Of a stretch of 34,132 bases of DNA, positions 10,208-18,652 are shown in pieces. The notes under the pieces are model-generated. The model ran no database searches, was not told the origin of the DNA, and saw only the letters and a program-made list of their open reading frames with translations. Positions within the stretch are counted from its first letter, which is position 1; each line of letters opens with the position of its first letter. Source of the DNA: Actinomycetota bacterium (GTDB lineage Bacteria; Actinomycetota; Actinomycetes; Nanopelagicales; Nanopelagicaceae). The translations under genes and the position numbers were made by a program. The stretch is from the NCBI GenBank assembly GCA_041161945.1, contig JBEATO010000068.1, positions 1-34,132 of the forward strand, written 5' to 3'.

Positions 10208-11293
10208 TTAGATGAGTTCTTTTAAAGCAGATATAAATAGTGTGTTTTCGGCTTCGTTGCCGACAGTTACTCGCAAATACCCTGGTAGACCGACATCTCG
10301 AATTAGGACGCCTTTGCCTAGTAGTTCACTCCAAAGTTTAGGGGCATCTGCGCTAAAACCTGTAAATAGGATGAAGTTTGCGCTGCTCGGCAAAGTCGTG
10401 AGCCCCAATGTATGTAGTTGCACAATCAATGACTCCCGAGCTCGTATCAACTCAGAGACATATCCCAGTAGTTCATCTTTAAAATCAATAGCAACCGATG
10501 CCGCAGCTTGAGTCAGCGCACTTAAGTGATACGGCAATCTCACAAGCATCATGGCATCTTTAACGGCACTATCACTGACTAAATAACCCACTCGTGCTCC
10601 TGCAAATGCAAATGCCTTGCTCATAGTGCGAATCACAACAACATGTGGATTGTTAGCAATCAAAGTAATCGCAGATTGCTCTGATGAAAACTCAGCATAT
10701 GCCTCATCCACAATAAGTAGACCGTTGACCTTGGCCACAGCATCAGCAAGTAACTTGATCTCAGAGATTGAAACAGACCCACCCGTTGGATTATTAGGTG
10801 TAGTAATAAAGGTTAGTACTGGCTTTGATTCTGCAATCTGCTCAACTGCCAATTGCACACTGAGTGAGAAATCCTCATTTCGCTTTCCATCTATCCACGA
10901 AGTCCCACAGACCTTAGCAATGAGTGGGTGCATCGAATATGAAGGAGTGAAACCAAGTGCACTGCCCTGTCCGAAAGCAAGAAAAATAGATTGAATGATT
11001 TCATTACTACCATTAGCTGCCCAAATGTTATCTAGCGTCAGATTTAGCTTAGATGTTGAGTTGATATAGCCAGCCAACTTAGTGCGCAGCACCTGCGCGT
11101 CGCGATCGGGATAGCGATTTAAATTCGCGGCCACAACCAAGACTGCATCGGCAATCGCTTTTTGCAGCGCAGGTGAAGGTGAATATGGATTCTCGTTAGT
11201 GTTAAGTGATGCTTGTGCAGGAAGTTGTGGTGCTCCATATGGCGTGAGCGGAGTCAAGTCTTTGCGCAGCGGTAACCACGTTGGCCAATTCAT
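10208..11293 (-). CDS. hisC: Histidinol-phosphate aminotransferase
   Basis: LNTNENPY, NGSNE, PNNPTG, VDEAYAEF and RTMSKAFAFAGARVGY. Confidence 0.96.
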   Translation of the reverse strand: MNWPTWLPLRKDLTPLTPYGAPQLPAQASLNTNENPYSPSPALQKAIADAVLVVAANLNRYPDRDAQVLRTKLAGYINSTSKLNLTLDNIWAANGSNEIIQSIFLAFGQGSALGFTPSYSMHPLIAKVCGTSWIDGKRNEDFSLSVQLAVEQIAESKPVLTFITTPNNPTGGSVSISEIKLLADAVAKVNGLLIVDEAYAEFSSEQSAITLIANNPHVVVIRTMSKAFAFAGARVGYLVSDSAVKDAMMLVRLPYHLSALTQAAASVAIDFKDELLGYVSELIRARESLIVQLHTLGLTTLPSSANFILFTGFSADAPKLWSELLGKGVLIRDVGLPGYLRVTVGNEAENTLFISALKELI

Positions 11294-12601
11294 TTATGAA
11301 TTTTCCAATCTAATAGTCATAGCTTGTCCGTGTGCAGGTAGGTCTTCAGAATTAGCTAATGTCACAACGGTTGGCACAAGGTCAGTAAATGCCTTTTCAC
11401 TGTATTCAATGAAGTGAAGTCCACGCAGGAATGTTTGAACTGATAAACCACTTGAATGACATGCACATCCGCCCGTAGGCAAGACGTGGTTAGAGCCCGC
11501 TGAGTAATCTCCCAGTGAGACTGGTGAGAAGCGACCAATAAATACTGCTCCAGCATTTCTAATCTTTGAAGCATCTTCACGTGAGTTCTTGGTCTGTATT
11601 TCTAAGTGCTCTGCGGCATAGGCATTAACGACATCAATCCCCTGCTTCATGTCATCAACTAAGACAATGGCTGACTGGATGCCAGAGAGGGCAGATGTAA
11701 TGCGTTCTTTGTGTTTGGTCTTTGCCACTTGTATTTTCAACTCAGCTTCAACTGCTTCCGATAACTCAATTGAATCTGTTACCAAAATAGCTGCAGCAAT
11801 GACATCGTGCTCAGCTTGACTGATCAAGTCTGCGGCAACATCTGATGCTCGCGCAGAAGAGTCAGCAAGAATTGCAATCTCAGTTGGTCCAGCCTCTGAA
11901 TCAATACCAATCACACCACGCAGCGCACGCTTAGCAGCAGCAACATAGATATTGCCTGGTCCTGTAACAAGATCACTTTTCTCACATAATCCTTCAACGC
12001 CATAAGCAAACATTGCAATCGCTTGTGCTCCCCCGACGGCATACACCTCGGTAATGCCAAGGAGTGCACACGTTGCCAAAATAGTTGGGTGTGGTAAACC
12101 TGCAAACTCTTTTTGAGGCGGTGAAGCAACGGCTATCGATGAAACTTTCGCTATTTGCGCCGGCACAACATTCATCACAACGCTGCTTGGATAAACCGCG
12201 CGACCACCTGGAACATAGAGGCCCACACGATCAACTGGAATCCACTTTTCTGTAACGCTTCCACCATCAACAACAGTTGTGGTTTTATCCACTCTTACTT
12301 GATCATTGTGCACTTTTCTCACTCGCTCGATTGAAAGCTCTAGCGCGGCGCGAATTGCAGGATCTAAAGACGCTAAAGCTGAATCCAATGCTTGCTGTGG
12401 AACACGAATAGAAGCAGGAGTAACTCCATCGAATTCTTGGGCCAATTTAATAAGTTCGCTTTCTCCACCGGTTTTAACACGGTGCAAGATCGGTTCGACC
12501 AAAGCCATCGCTTGGGCAACATCTAAAGCTGCACGCGGAAGTTCGGCGTTATATCCAGCCTTGGTAAGGGCTTTGCCACGAAGATCTACTGTGCGAATCA
12601 C
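11294..12601 (-). CDS. hisD: Histidinol dehydrogenase
   Basis: [31 protein letters not shown] and [13 protein letters not shown]; GTG start. Confidence 0.97.
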   Translation of the reverse strand: MIRTVDLRGKALTKAGYNAELPRAALDVAQAMALVEPILHRVKTGGESELIKLAQEFDGVTPASIRVPQQALDSALASLDPAIRAALELSIERVRKVHNDQVRVDKTTTVVDGGSVTEKWIPVDRVGLYVPGGRAVYPSSVVMNVVPAQIAKVSSIAVASPPQKEFAGLPHPTILATCALLGITEVYAVGGAQAIAMFAYGVEGLCEKSDLVTGPGNIYVAAAKRALRGVIGIDSEAGPTEIAILADSSARASDVAADLISQAEHDVIAAAILVTDSIELSEAVEAELKIQVAKTKHKERITSALSGIQSAIVLVDDMKQGIDVVNAYAAEHLEIQTKNSREDASKIRNAGAVFIGRFSPVSLGDYSAGSNHVLPTGGCACHSSGLSVQTFLRGLHFIEYSEKAFTDLVPTVVTLANSEDLPAHGQAMTIRLENS

Positions 12602-12613
12602 ATGCCAATTGTA
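12602..12613 (-). promoter_or_regulatory. Putative -10 element for a leaderless his/trp transcript
   Basis: TACAAT (12613-12608) lies 6 nt before the hisD GTG; no SD. Confidence 0.6.
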
Positions 12614-12643
12614 ACGGCTGGGCTCTGCACGGCGGACTTGAAT

Positions 12644-15600
12644 TTAAACCAGGCAGTTAGGCCCAAGAATAGATTTGAGATCTGCGCTCAATGATGGAGA
12701 AGCTGTGACCGATGCATCAATCTTCATAACGGTACTGCTTCCATTTTCACTCAACGAAAGATGCACTTCTCGCTTACCTGGATGTGAACGAAGAATTTCC
12801 TTAATACGATCAACCACAGGTGGCGTGCACTGAGACATTGGAATTGAAATTACAAGAGGACCTGTAGGACCTGCAGAAATATCTGGCATGGACATCTCAA
12901 GGGCAGTAAATCGCAGATTCTCTTCACGACGATCAACACGGCCACGAACAGTCACAATTCGATCTTCAGTCAGTGACATTGAGTATTGATTGTAGGTATT
13001 TGAGAAGAAGAGAACTTCTAAAGATCCTTCTAGATCTTCAATAGTGACGACGGCCCATGAGGCACCTTGCCTTGAAACTTTACGAGTAACGCTGGTGATT
13101 AAGCCGCCGATTGTGACAACTGATTCATGTTGGGCGCCTTCATCAACTAGCTCGCTGATAGACATATCTGTATTTGCTCGAAGTACATGTTCAACACCCA
13201 ACAATGGATGATCAGAGACATACAACCCCAGCATCTCTCGTTCATAGCTAAGCAACATCGCCTTATCCCACTCACCTGTTGGGATCTCAATATCTAAACC
13301 TGAAACCTCAGTAATTGCTTCCCCGCCAAACAAATCAAACTGACCAATAGCCTCAGCGCGCTTGCTCTCAATAACAGAGTCGATTGCTTCAAGGTGGACT
13401 GCAATCAAACCTTTGCGAGTTGATCCCAGTGAGCCAAATGCTCCAGCCTTAATCAAAGATTCAATTGTTTTCTTGTTACACACCTGCGCATCAACTTTTG
13501 CCAAGAAATCTCCAAATGATGCAAAACGTCCTTTGCTCTCACGCGCACTCTTAATCGATGCCACAACACCTTCGCCAACATTTCTAATTGCTGCAAGACC
13601 AAAGCGAATATCTTTTCCACGCGGGGTGTATTCACCATTTGATTCATTGACATCAGGAGGCAACACATTGATTCCCATGCGACGGCACTCACTCAAATAC
13701 AGAGCAGACTTATCTTTATCATCTCTCACACTTGTCAAAAGCGCGGCCATGTATTCAGTTGGGTAATTAGTCTTTAGATAAGCAGTCCAATACGAGACAA
13801 CTCCATAGCCTGCAGAGTGTGCTCGGTTGAATGCGTAATCAGAGAAGGGAATAAGAACATCCCATAGGCGCTTGATAGCAGCAGTTGAGAAACCATTTGC
13901 CTTCATACCTGCTTCAAAAGGAATGTATTCCTTATCCAAAATATCTTTGTTCTTCTTACCCATCGCCTTACGCAAAAGATCTGCGCGTCCGAGTGAGAAC
14001 CCAGCGACCTTCTGGGCAATTGCCATAACTTGTTCCTGATAAACAATCAGGCCGTATGTGTCGCCAAGAATCTCCTGCAAAGGTTCTGAAAGTTCCTGGT
14101 GAATAGGTTCAACTGGCTTGCGCTTATTTTTGCGATCGGCGTAGTTGTTATGTGCGTTTTCGCCCATAGGACCCGGACGATAGAGAGCGATAACTGCTGA
14201 GATATCTTCAAATGAATCTGGGGACATTGATTTAAGCAATGCTCGCATTGGCCCACCATCGAGCTGGAACACTCCAAGAGTGTCTCCGCGAGAGAGCAGT
14301 TCATATGTCTTTTTATCATCGAGTGTTAAATCCTCTAACACCACATCAATGTTTTGATTCTCTTTAATATTTAATAAGGCATCATCTAAAACAGAGAGAT
14401 TTCGAAGACCTAAGAAGTCCATCTTAAGCAGGCCAATAGATTCACATGCGCCCATATCGAACTGCGTAATGATTGCACCATCTGCTTCACGGCGATGGAT
14501 AGGAATGACATCAAGTAAAGGTTCGCGAGAGAGAATGACTCCAGCTGCGTGAACACCCCACTGGCGCTTTAAGCCTTCAAGACCACGGGCTGTATCAACT
14601 ACGCGCTTTGAATCTGGATCTGACTCATAGAGTGAGCGGAACTCGCCTGCTTCGCCATAGCGATCATCTTTAGAATCAAAGATTCCGCCAAGAGAAATAT
14701 CTTTACCCATCACAGATGGAGGCAAGGCCTTAGTTAACTTCTCTCCAATGACATATGGATAACCCAGAACGCGTGTTGAGTCTTTAATCGCTTGCTTGGA
14801 TTTAATAGTTCCGTAGGTAATGATCTGAGCGACTCGATCTTCACCATATTTGTTTGTTGCATAACGAATCATTTCGCTGCGACGACGCTCATCAAAGTCC
14901 AAGTCGATATCAGGCATAGAGATACGTTCTGGATTGAGAAAGCGCTCAAACAAAAGTCCATGTTCAAGTGGATCTAAACCAGTAATCCCAAGTGAATAGG
15001 CAACTAGAGAACCAGGAGCTGATCCTCGGCCTGGTCCAACGCGTATCCCAACTTTCTTTGCATGTCCTACTAAGTCAGCAACAACTAGGAAGTAACCAGG
15101 AAAACCCATCTTCTCCATAACACCGAGTTCATAATCAAGACGAGATTCATGTGCTGGCGTCAGCTTTGCACCCAATCGCTCCTTCATGCCGCGCACAGCT
15201 TCCTTTTTAAGCCAAGAATCCTCGGTCTCTCCAGCTGGAACGTTAAATTGTGGGAGAAGGTTTTCATTTTCTCGCATAGTTACTTCACAGCGCTCTGCAA
15301 TAAGTAACGTGTTATCGCAACTCTCAGGAATGTCTTTAAAGAGCTCGCGCATCTGTGCCGGAGTCTTTACATAGAAAGAGTCATTATCGAATTTAAATCG
15401 CTTGGGATCTGCCAGCGTAGAGCCCGATTGAACACAGAGCAGGGCCTCATGTGCACCAGAGTCTGCTTGTAATGTGTAGTGCAGATCATTGGTTGCAAGA
15501 AGTGGAAGGCCCAACTCTTTTCCTAATTTGAGAAGGTCTGCTTTCACGCGGCTTTCAATATCAATTCCATGATCCATGATCTCTAGGAAGAAATTACCTT

Positions 15601-16141
15601 CACCAAAAATATCTCGATAATCACTTGCTGCCTTGATTGCCTCTTTATAAGCACCCATACGCAAGCGAGTTTGAATCTCTCCACCAGGACAACCAGTTGT
15701 TGCAATCAGTCCTTTGGAATACTGAGCTAGGAGTTCGCGATCCATGCGGGGCTTGTAGTAATAACCTTCAAGGGATGCAAGAGAAGATAAGCGAAAGAGA
15801 TTTCCCAGACCAACATTGTTTTCGGCCAAGATAGTCATGTGCGTATAAGCACCACCACCTGAAACATCATCTTCACCACCACTAGCCCACTGCACTCTCT
15901 TTTTATCAAAACGAGATTCTGGGGCCACATAGGCTTCAATTCCAATAATCGGTTTAACGCCAGCTTTTTTAGCCTGCTTATAAAACTCATAAGCACCAAA
16001 GACATTTCCATGATCTGTCATTGCAATTGCCGGCATTCCTTGTCTGGCAACTTCTGCCATTAAATCGGGAACACGCGCTGCACCATCGAGCATCGAATAC
16101 TCGGTATGGACGTGCAGATGTACGAAATTCTCAGATGTCAT
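12644..16141 (-). CDS. dnaE: DNA polymerase III alpha subunit (DnaE1 type)
   Basis: PHP domain (HLHVHTEYSMLDG, TDHG), GPGRGS, FERFLNPER, PDIDLDF, LLKMDFLGL and a C-terminal OB fold; 1165 aa with no intein-sized insertion. Confidence 0.97.
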   Translation of the reverse strand: MTSENFVHLHVHTEYSMLDGAARVPDLMAEVARQGMPAIAMTDHGNVFGAYEFYKQAKKAGVKPIIGIEAYVAPESRFDKKRVQWASGGEDDVSGGGAYTHMTILAENNVGLGNLFRLSSLASLEGYYYKPRMDRELLAQYSKGLIATTGCPGGEIQTRLRMGAYKEAIKAASDYRDIFGEGNFFLEIMDHGIDIESRVKADLLKLGKELGLPLLATNDLHYTLQADSGAHEALLCVQSGSTLADPKRFKFDNDSFYVKTPAQMRELFKDIPESCDNTLLIAERCEVTMRENENLLPQFNVPAGETEDSWLKKEAVRGMKERLGAKLTPAHESRLDYELGVMEKMGFPGYFLVVADLVGHAKKVGIRVGPGRGSAPGSLVAYSLGITGLDPLEHGLLFERFLNPERISMPDIDLDFDERRRSEMIRYATNKYGEDRVAQIITYGTIKSKQAIKDSTRVLGYPYVIGEKLTKALPPSVMGKDISLGGIFDSKDDRYGEAGEFRSLYESDPDSKRVVDTARGLEGLKRQWGVHAAGVILSREPLLDVIPIHRREADGAIITQFDMGACESIGLLKMDFLGLRNLSVLDDALLNIKENQNIDVVLEDLTLDDKKTYELLSRGDTLGVFQLDGGPMRALLKSMSPDSFEDISAVIALYRPGPMGENAHNNYADRKNKRKPVEPIHQELSEPLQEILGDTYGLIVYQEQVMAIAQKVAGFSLGRADLLRKAMGKKNKDILDKEYIPFEAGMKANGFSTAAIKRLWDVLIPFSDYAFNRAHSAGYGVVSYWTAYLKTNYPTEYMAALLTSVRDDKDKSALYLSECRRMGINVLPPDVNESNGEYTPRGKDIRFGLAAIRNVGEGVVASIKSARESKGRFASFGDFLAKVDAQVCNKKTIESLIKAGAFGSLGSTRKGLIAVHLEAIDSVIESKRAEAIGQFDLFGGEAITEVSGLDIEIPTGEWDKAMLLSYEREMLGLYVSDHPLLGVEHVLRANTDMSISELVDEGAQHESVVTIGGLITSVTRKVSRQGASWAVVTIEDLEGSLEVLFFSNTYNQYSMSLTEDRIVTVRGRVDRREENLRFTALEMSMPDISAGPTGPLVISIPMSQCTPPVVDRIKEILRSHPGKREVHLSLSENGSSTVMKIDASVTASPSLSADLKSILGPNCLV

Positions 16142-16160
16142 GGTGGTCGTAGATTATTAC

Positions 16161-17102
16161 TTAAGGCAGAACGGCATCAGATAGCAACGCTAATGAGCGT
16201 GTGAGATCGGCTGGGTATGGAGCGCTAAAACTCAGATGTTCACCAGTAATGGGGTGGTCAAACATGAGCTCCTTGGCGTGTAGCCATGGCCGTCTCATCT
16301 CTAGAGATTTAGCCAGAACGGGATCTGCGCCATAAGTGGTGTCGCCAACAAGTGGATGATTAAGTGCTGAGAAGTGAACACGGATTTGGTGTGTGCGCCC
16401 AGTTTCTAATTCCACTTTAACTAATGACACTCCACGATAAAACTCAATGACTTCATAGTGAGTAATGGAGTCTTTGCCTGTAGCAACAACTGCGAATCGG
16501 TGATCTTCCTTTGGATGACGATCAATAGGTGCATCAATTGTTCCAGTCGTTGGATCCATGTGTCCTTGAATGAGCGCATGGTAAATCTTGTCGACAGTAC
16601 GATTTCTAAAAGCATCTTTTAAGACCGTAAATGCACGATCACTCTTTGCAACAATCATTAACCCACTCGTGCCAACATCAAGGCGATGAACAATTCCTTG
16701 TCGCTCTGCAGCACCACTCGTTGAAATTGAATATCCCGCTGCCATCAATGCGCCGACAACAGTTGGTCCTGTCCATCCTGGACTTGGATGAGCAGCACAT
16801 CCCACCGGCTTATCAATAACAACAATTGCATCATCGTCATAAACAATTGAAAGGCCCTCTAGCGGAGTGAGTGGAATTGGATCTTGATTAATAGGAGCTG
16901 GCATTAGCACTTCAATTACTTGGTTGGCAGTCACGCGATCTGATTTAGCCATAGCTTTTCCAGATGTAGTGATATCGCCATCTTCTAGGAGTTTGACGAC
17001 AGCTGTGCGGGAAAGCCCCAGCACACGAGTGAGAGCACTATCGATTCGCTCACCAGCAACGCCCTCTGGCACTGAGAGTGTGCGCTGTTCTCGATTACTC
17101 AT
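16161..17102 (-). CDS. RluA-family pseudouridine synthase (RluD-like)
   Basis: N-terminal S4-like domain, VIDKPVG, catalytic GIVHRLD, LETGRTHQIRVH and HPLVGD. Confidence 0.93.
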   Translation of the reverse strand: MSNREQRTLSVPEGVAGERIDSALTRVLGLSRTAVVKLLEDGDITTSGKAMAKSDRVTANQVIEVLMPAPINQDPIPLTPLEGLSIVYDDDAIVVIDKPVGCAAHPSPGWTGPTVVGALMAAGYSISTSGAAERQGIVHRLDVGTSGLMIVAKSDRAFTVLKDAFRNRTVDKIYHALIQGHMDPTTGTIDAPIDRHPKEDHRFAVVATGKDSITHYEVIEFYRGVSLVKVELETGRTHQIRVHFSALNHPLVGDTTYGADPVLAKSLEMRRPWLHAKELMFDHPITGEHLSFSAPYPADLTRSLALLSDAVLP

Positions 17103-17581
17103 ATCAACTCTTCTTTTTTAATAGGCGGGATATTGCGCGCTGTTAAAACAACCGAAATAAAGGCCGCAACCACGATTGCAATATCTGCAATATTGAATAT
17201 AGGCCAATTAGGCAGTTGTAACCAATCGATGACATGACCACGAAGTAATCCTGGCTCTCTGAAAATGCGATCAGTCAGATTTCCTAAAACTCCACCCATG
17301 ACTAGGCCTAAAACAATCGCCCATCCCTTTGAGGTCAACGCAGGTGCGTAATAAGCAATTGCAATCAACACAGCAATTCCAAAAAGAGAGAGGAATAAAG
17401 TTGCCCCTGACGCAAATGAAAAAGCAGCGCCAGAGTTTCTAATAAAGTTGAGTTGGAAAAGTGAGCCAATAACTTTTACAGGACCACGGTTAGCCAAATA
17501 CTCCACTGCCCAGATTTTGGTAGCTAAATCCAGAAGCCAGATGATCCAGGCAACACCTAAGAGTGTGCGCCACATGCGCAC
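17099..17581 (-). CDS. lspA: Lipoprotein signal peptidase II (start uncertain: GTG 17581 or ATG 17575)
   Basis: DLATK, RNSGAAFS, GGVLGNLTDR, VIDW and FNIAD motifs. The ORF-track start at 17674 overlaps the upstream gene by about 90 nt. Confidence 0.92.
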   Translation of the reverse strand: MRMWRTLLGVAWIIWLLDLATKIWAVEYLANRGPVKVIGSLFQLNFIRNSGAAFSFASGATLFLSLFGIAVLIAIAYYAPALTSKGWAIVLGLVMGGVLGNLTDRIFREPGLLRGHVIDWLQLPNWPIFNIADIAIVVAAFISVVLTARNIPPIKKEELI

Positions 17582-17583
17582 TG

Positions 17584-18375
17584 CTAGCGCCGTTCTTCCT
17601 TCTGCTTGCAGATCATGCACAAAGTGGCCCGAGGAAATACTTGTAAACGGGCCTTTCCAATTGCACTTCCGCATTCTTCGCAGTTTCCATAAGTCTTGGA
17701 GTCGATTCGATCCAAGGCACGCTCTGTTTGCAAAACCATGTCGCGAGCATTAATTACTAGTGACATCTCATGCTCGCGCTCGAAGGTTTTAGTTCCAGCA
17801 TCTGCTTGATCATCTCCAGCGCCTTCACCAGATTCTTGAATAAGAGAATCCATCTCTAACTCAACCTTGGCTAGTTCAACGCGAAGACGGGCTAACTCTT
17901 TAGCAATTTCAGTTCGGATGCTCTTGAGCTCTGCAGCAGTCCATGGTGATTCACTATCACTTACAACAATGGGAGTTGGAGCAACTTTAATTGGCTTAAG
18001 TGGTGCAACTTTCTTTCCACTTTTAACTGGGCGGGGTGGAGGTGGCATTACCAATCGACGCTCTTCAATTACAGGGGCTGTAACTGGGGCAGAAATAGTT
18101 GAGACTGACACTGTTTGAGATTTCTCATCAACGGTCAAAGTTGTTTTAGATGGAAATGGCTTACCTGGTGCTTTTTTAACTGGAATACTCTTTGCCGCTG
18201 CTTTCTTGGCCGGGGCCTTCTTTGCAGGAGCCTTTTTGGCGACCGCTTTCTTTGCTGTCGCTTTTTTGGCTGGCGCTTTTTTAGCGGGAGCTTTTTTGGC
18301 TACCTTCTTCTTCACGGCGGCCTTCTTCGTAGGAGCCTTCTTGGCGAGTGCTTTCTTAACCGGCTTCTTAGGCAT
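17584..18375 (-). CDS. TraR/DksA C4 zinc-finger protein with N-terminal Lys/Ala/Pro histone-like domain (DdbA-like)
   Basis: About 70 aa of AKKAP/PAKKA repeats, a Pro-rich linker, a coiled coil with a GDDQADAG acidic tip, and a CEEC...CMIC zinc finger; lies between ileS and lspA. Confidence 0.9.
   Translation of the reverse strand: MPKKPVKKALAKKAPTKKAAVKKKVAKKAPAKKAPAKKATAKKAVAKKAPAKKAPAKKAAAKSIPVKKAPGKPFPSKTTLTVDEKSQTVSVSTISAPVTAPVIEERRLVMPPPPRPVKSGKKVAPLKPIKVAPTPIVVSDSESPWTAAELKSIRTEIAKELARLRVELAKVELEMDSLIQESGEGAGDDQADAGTKTFEREHEMSLVINARDMVLQTERALDRIDSKTYGNCEECGSAIGKARLQVFPRATLCMICKQKEERR
18160..18375 (-). repeat. Degenerate 15-nt coding tandem repeat (pentapeptide AKKAx)
   Basis: Encodes ...VAKKAPAKKAPAKKATAKKAVAKKAPAKKAPAKKAAAK... 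Confidence 0.85.
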
Positions 18376-18388
18376 GTCGCGAACCTTA
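18376..18388 (-). promoter_or_regulatory. Putative -10 element for a leaderless dksA-like/lspA/rluA transcript
   Basis: TAAGGT (18388-18383) lies 7 nt before the ATG at 18375; no SD. Confidence 0.55.
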
Positions 18389-18446
18389 ATGCCCTTAAGG
18401 GGCTGTTACCAATTAGCCACGGGCATATTTTGGCTTAACTAGACGA

Positions 18447-18452
18447 TAGTAT
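18447..18452 (+). promoter_or_regulatory. Putative -10 element of the ileS leader promoter
   Basis: TAGTAT just upstream of the T-box; predicts a TSS near 18459. Confidence 0.5.
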
Positions 18453-18457
18453 TGAGC

Positions 18458-18645
18458 CACTACCGCATATGAGCATTGACGGGGCTATCACCTCACGAGT
18501 TTGCTAGAAGAAATGGTGAAAACCATCTAGAACTAGCTGCGGATAGAAAAGTGAAGTGGCGTGAATATCACGCAAGGCGGGTGGTACCGCGAGATCTGCG
18601 CCAGCAGGTCACGTCCCTCCAGAGTTGTTTTCCTACTCGTGGAGG
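18458..18645 (+). ncRNA. Translational T-box riboswitch (actinobacterial ileS class, ultrashort Stem I, Ile AUC specifier)
   Basis: Stem I GGGG-CTATCA-CCTC with ATC at 18487-18489. Stem II GCTAG-AAGAA-ATGGT-GAAA-ACCAT-CTAGAA-CTAGC (18503-18537, S-turn). Stem III GCGTGA-ATA-TCACGC (18559-18573). T-box AAGGCGGGTGGTACCGCG (18574-18591). CCTCC (18616-18620) can sequester the SD GGAGG (18641-18645). Confidence 0.93.
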
Positions 18646-18652
18646 ATTTTTT

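Noticed and set aside
12598-12643. ATG-TGA start-stop and a 10-codon ORF ([10 protein letters not shown]) overlapping the hisD GTG, as a possible his attenuator
   Set aside because: No His codons and no terminator hairpin; it would also lie upstream of the predicted leaderless TSS.
13362-15834. Several 60-134 aa ORFs antisense or out of frame within dnaE, representative of similar ones throughout the window
   Set aside because: They are fully nested in well-supported conserved genes and show no recognisable motifs; this is the expected shadow-ORF background.
12644-16141. Possible intein in DnaE
   Set aside because: The length is normal at 1165 aa, the motifs are continuous, and I see no intein splice-junction or homing endonuclease motifs.
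17582-17674. Long N-terminal extension of LspA overlapping the zinc-finger coding region
   Set aside because: It has no LspA-like features; the GTG/ATG just after the upstream stop gives a normal-length protein.
18160-18375. 15-nt periodic repeat as a possible CRISPR or non-coding VNTR
   Set aside because: There are no spacers or cas genes, and the repeat is better conserved as peptide than as DNA, as expected for a coding repeat.
18115-18442. Plus-strand ORFs rich in Phe/Ala/Cys (AFFAGAFL repeats) that look like membrane peptides
   Set aside because: They are antisense shadows of the Lys/Ala/Pro repeat codons in the DksA-like gene.
18476-18652. 59-aa N-terminal extension of IleS from the TTG at 18476 in the ORF track
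   Set aside because: The segment is the T-box RNA. A strong SD precedes the ATG at 18653 and the extension does not resemble IleRS.
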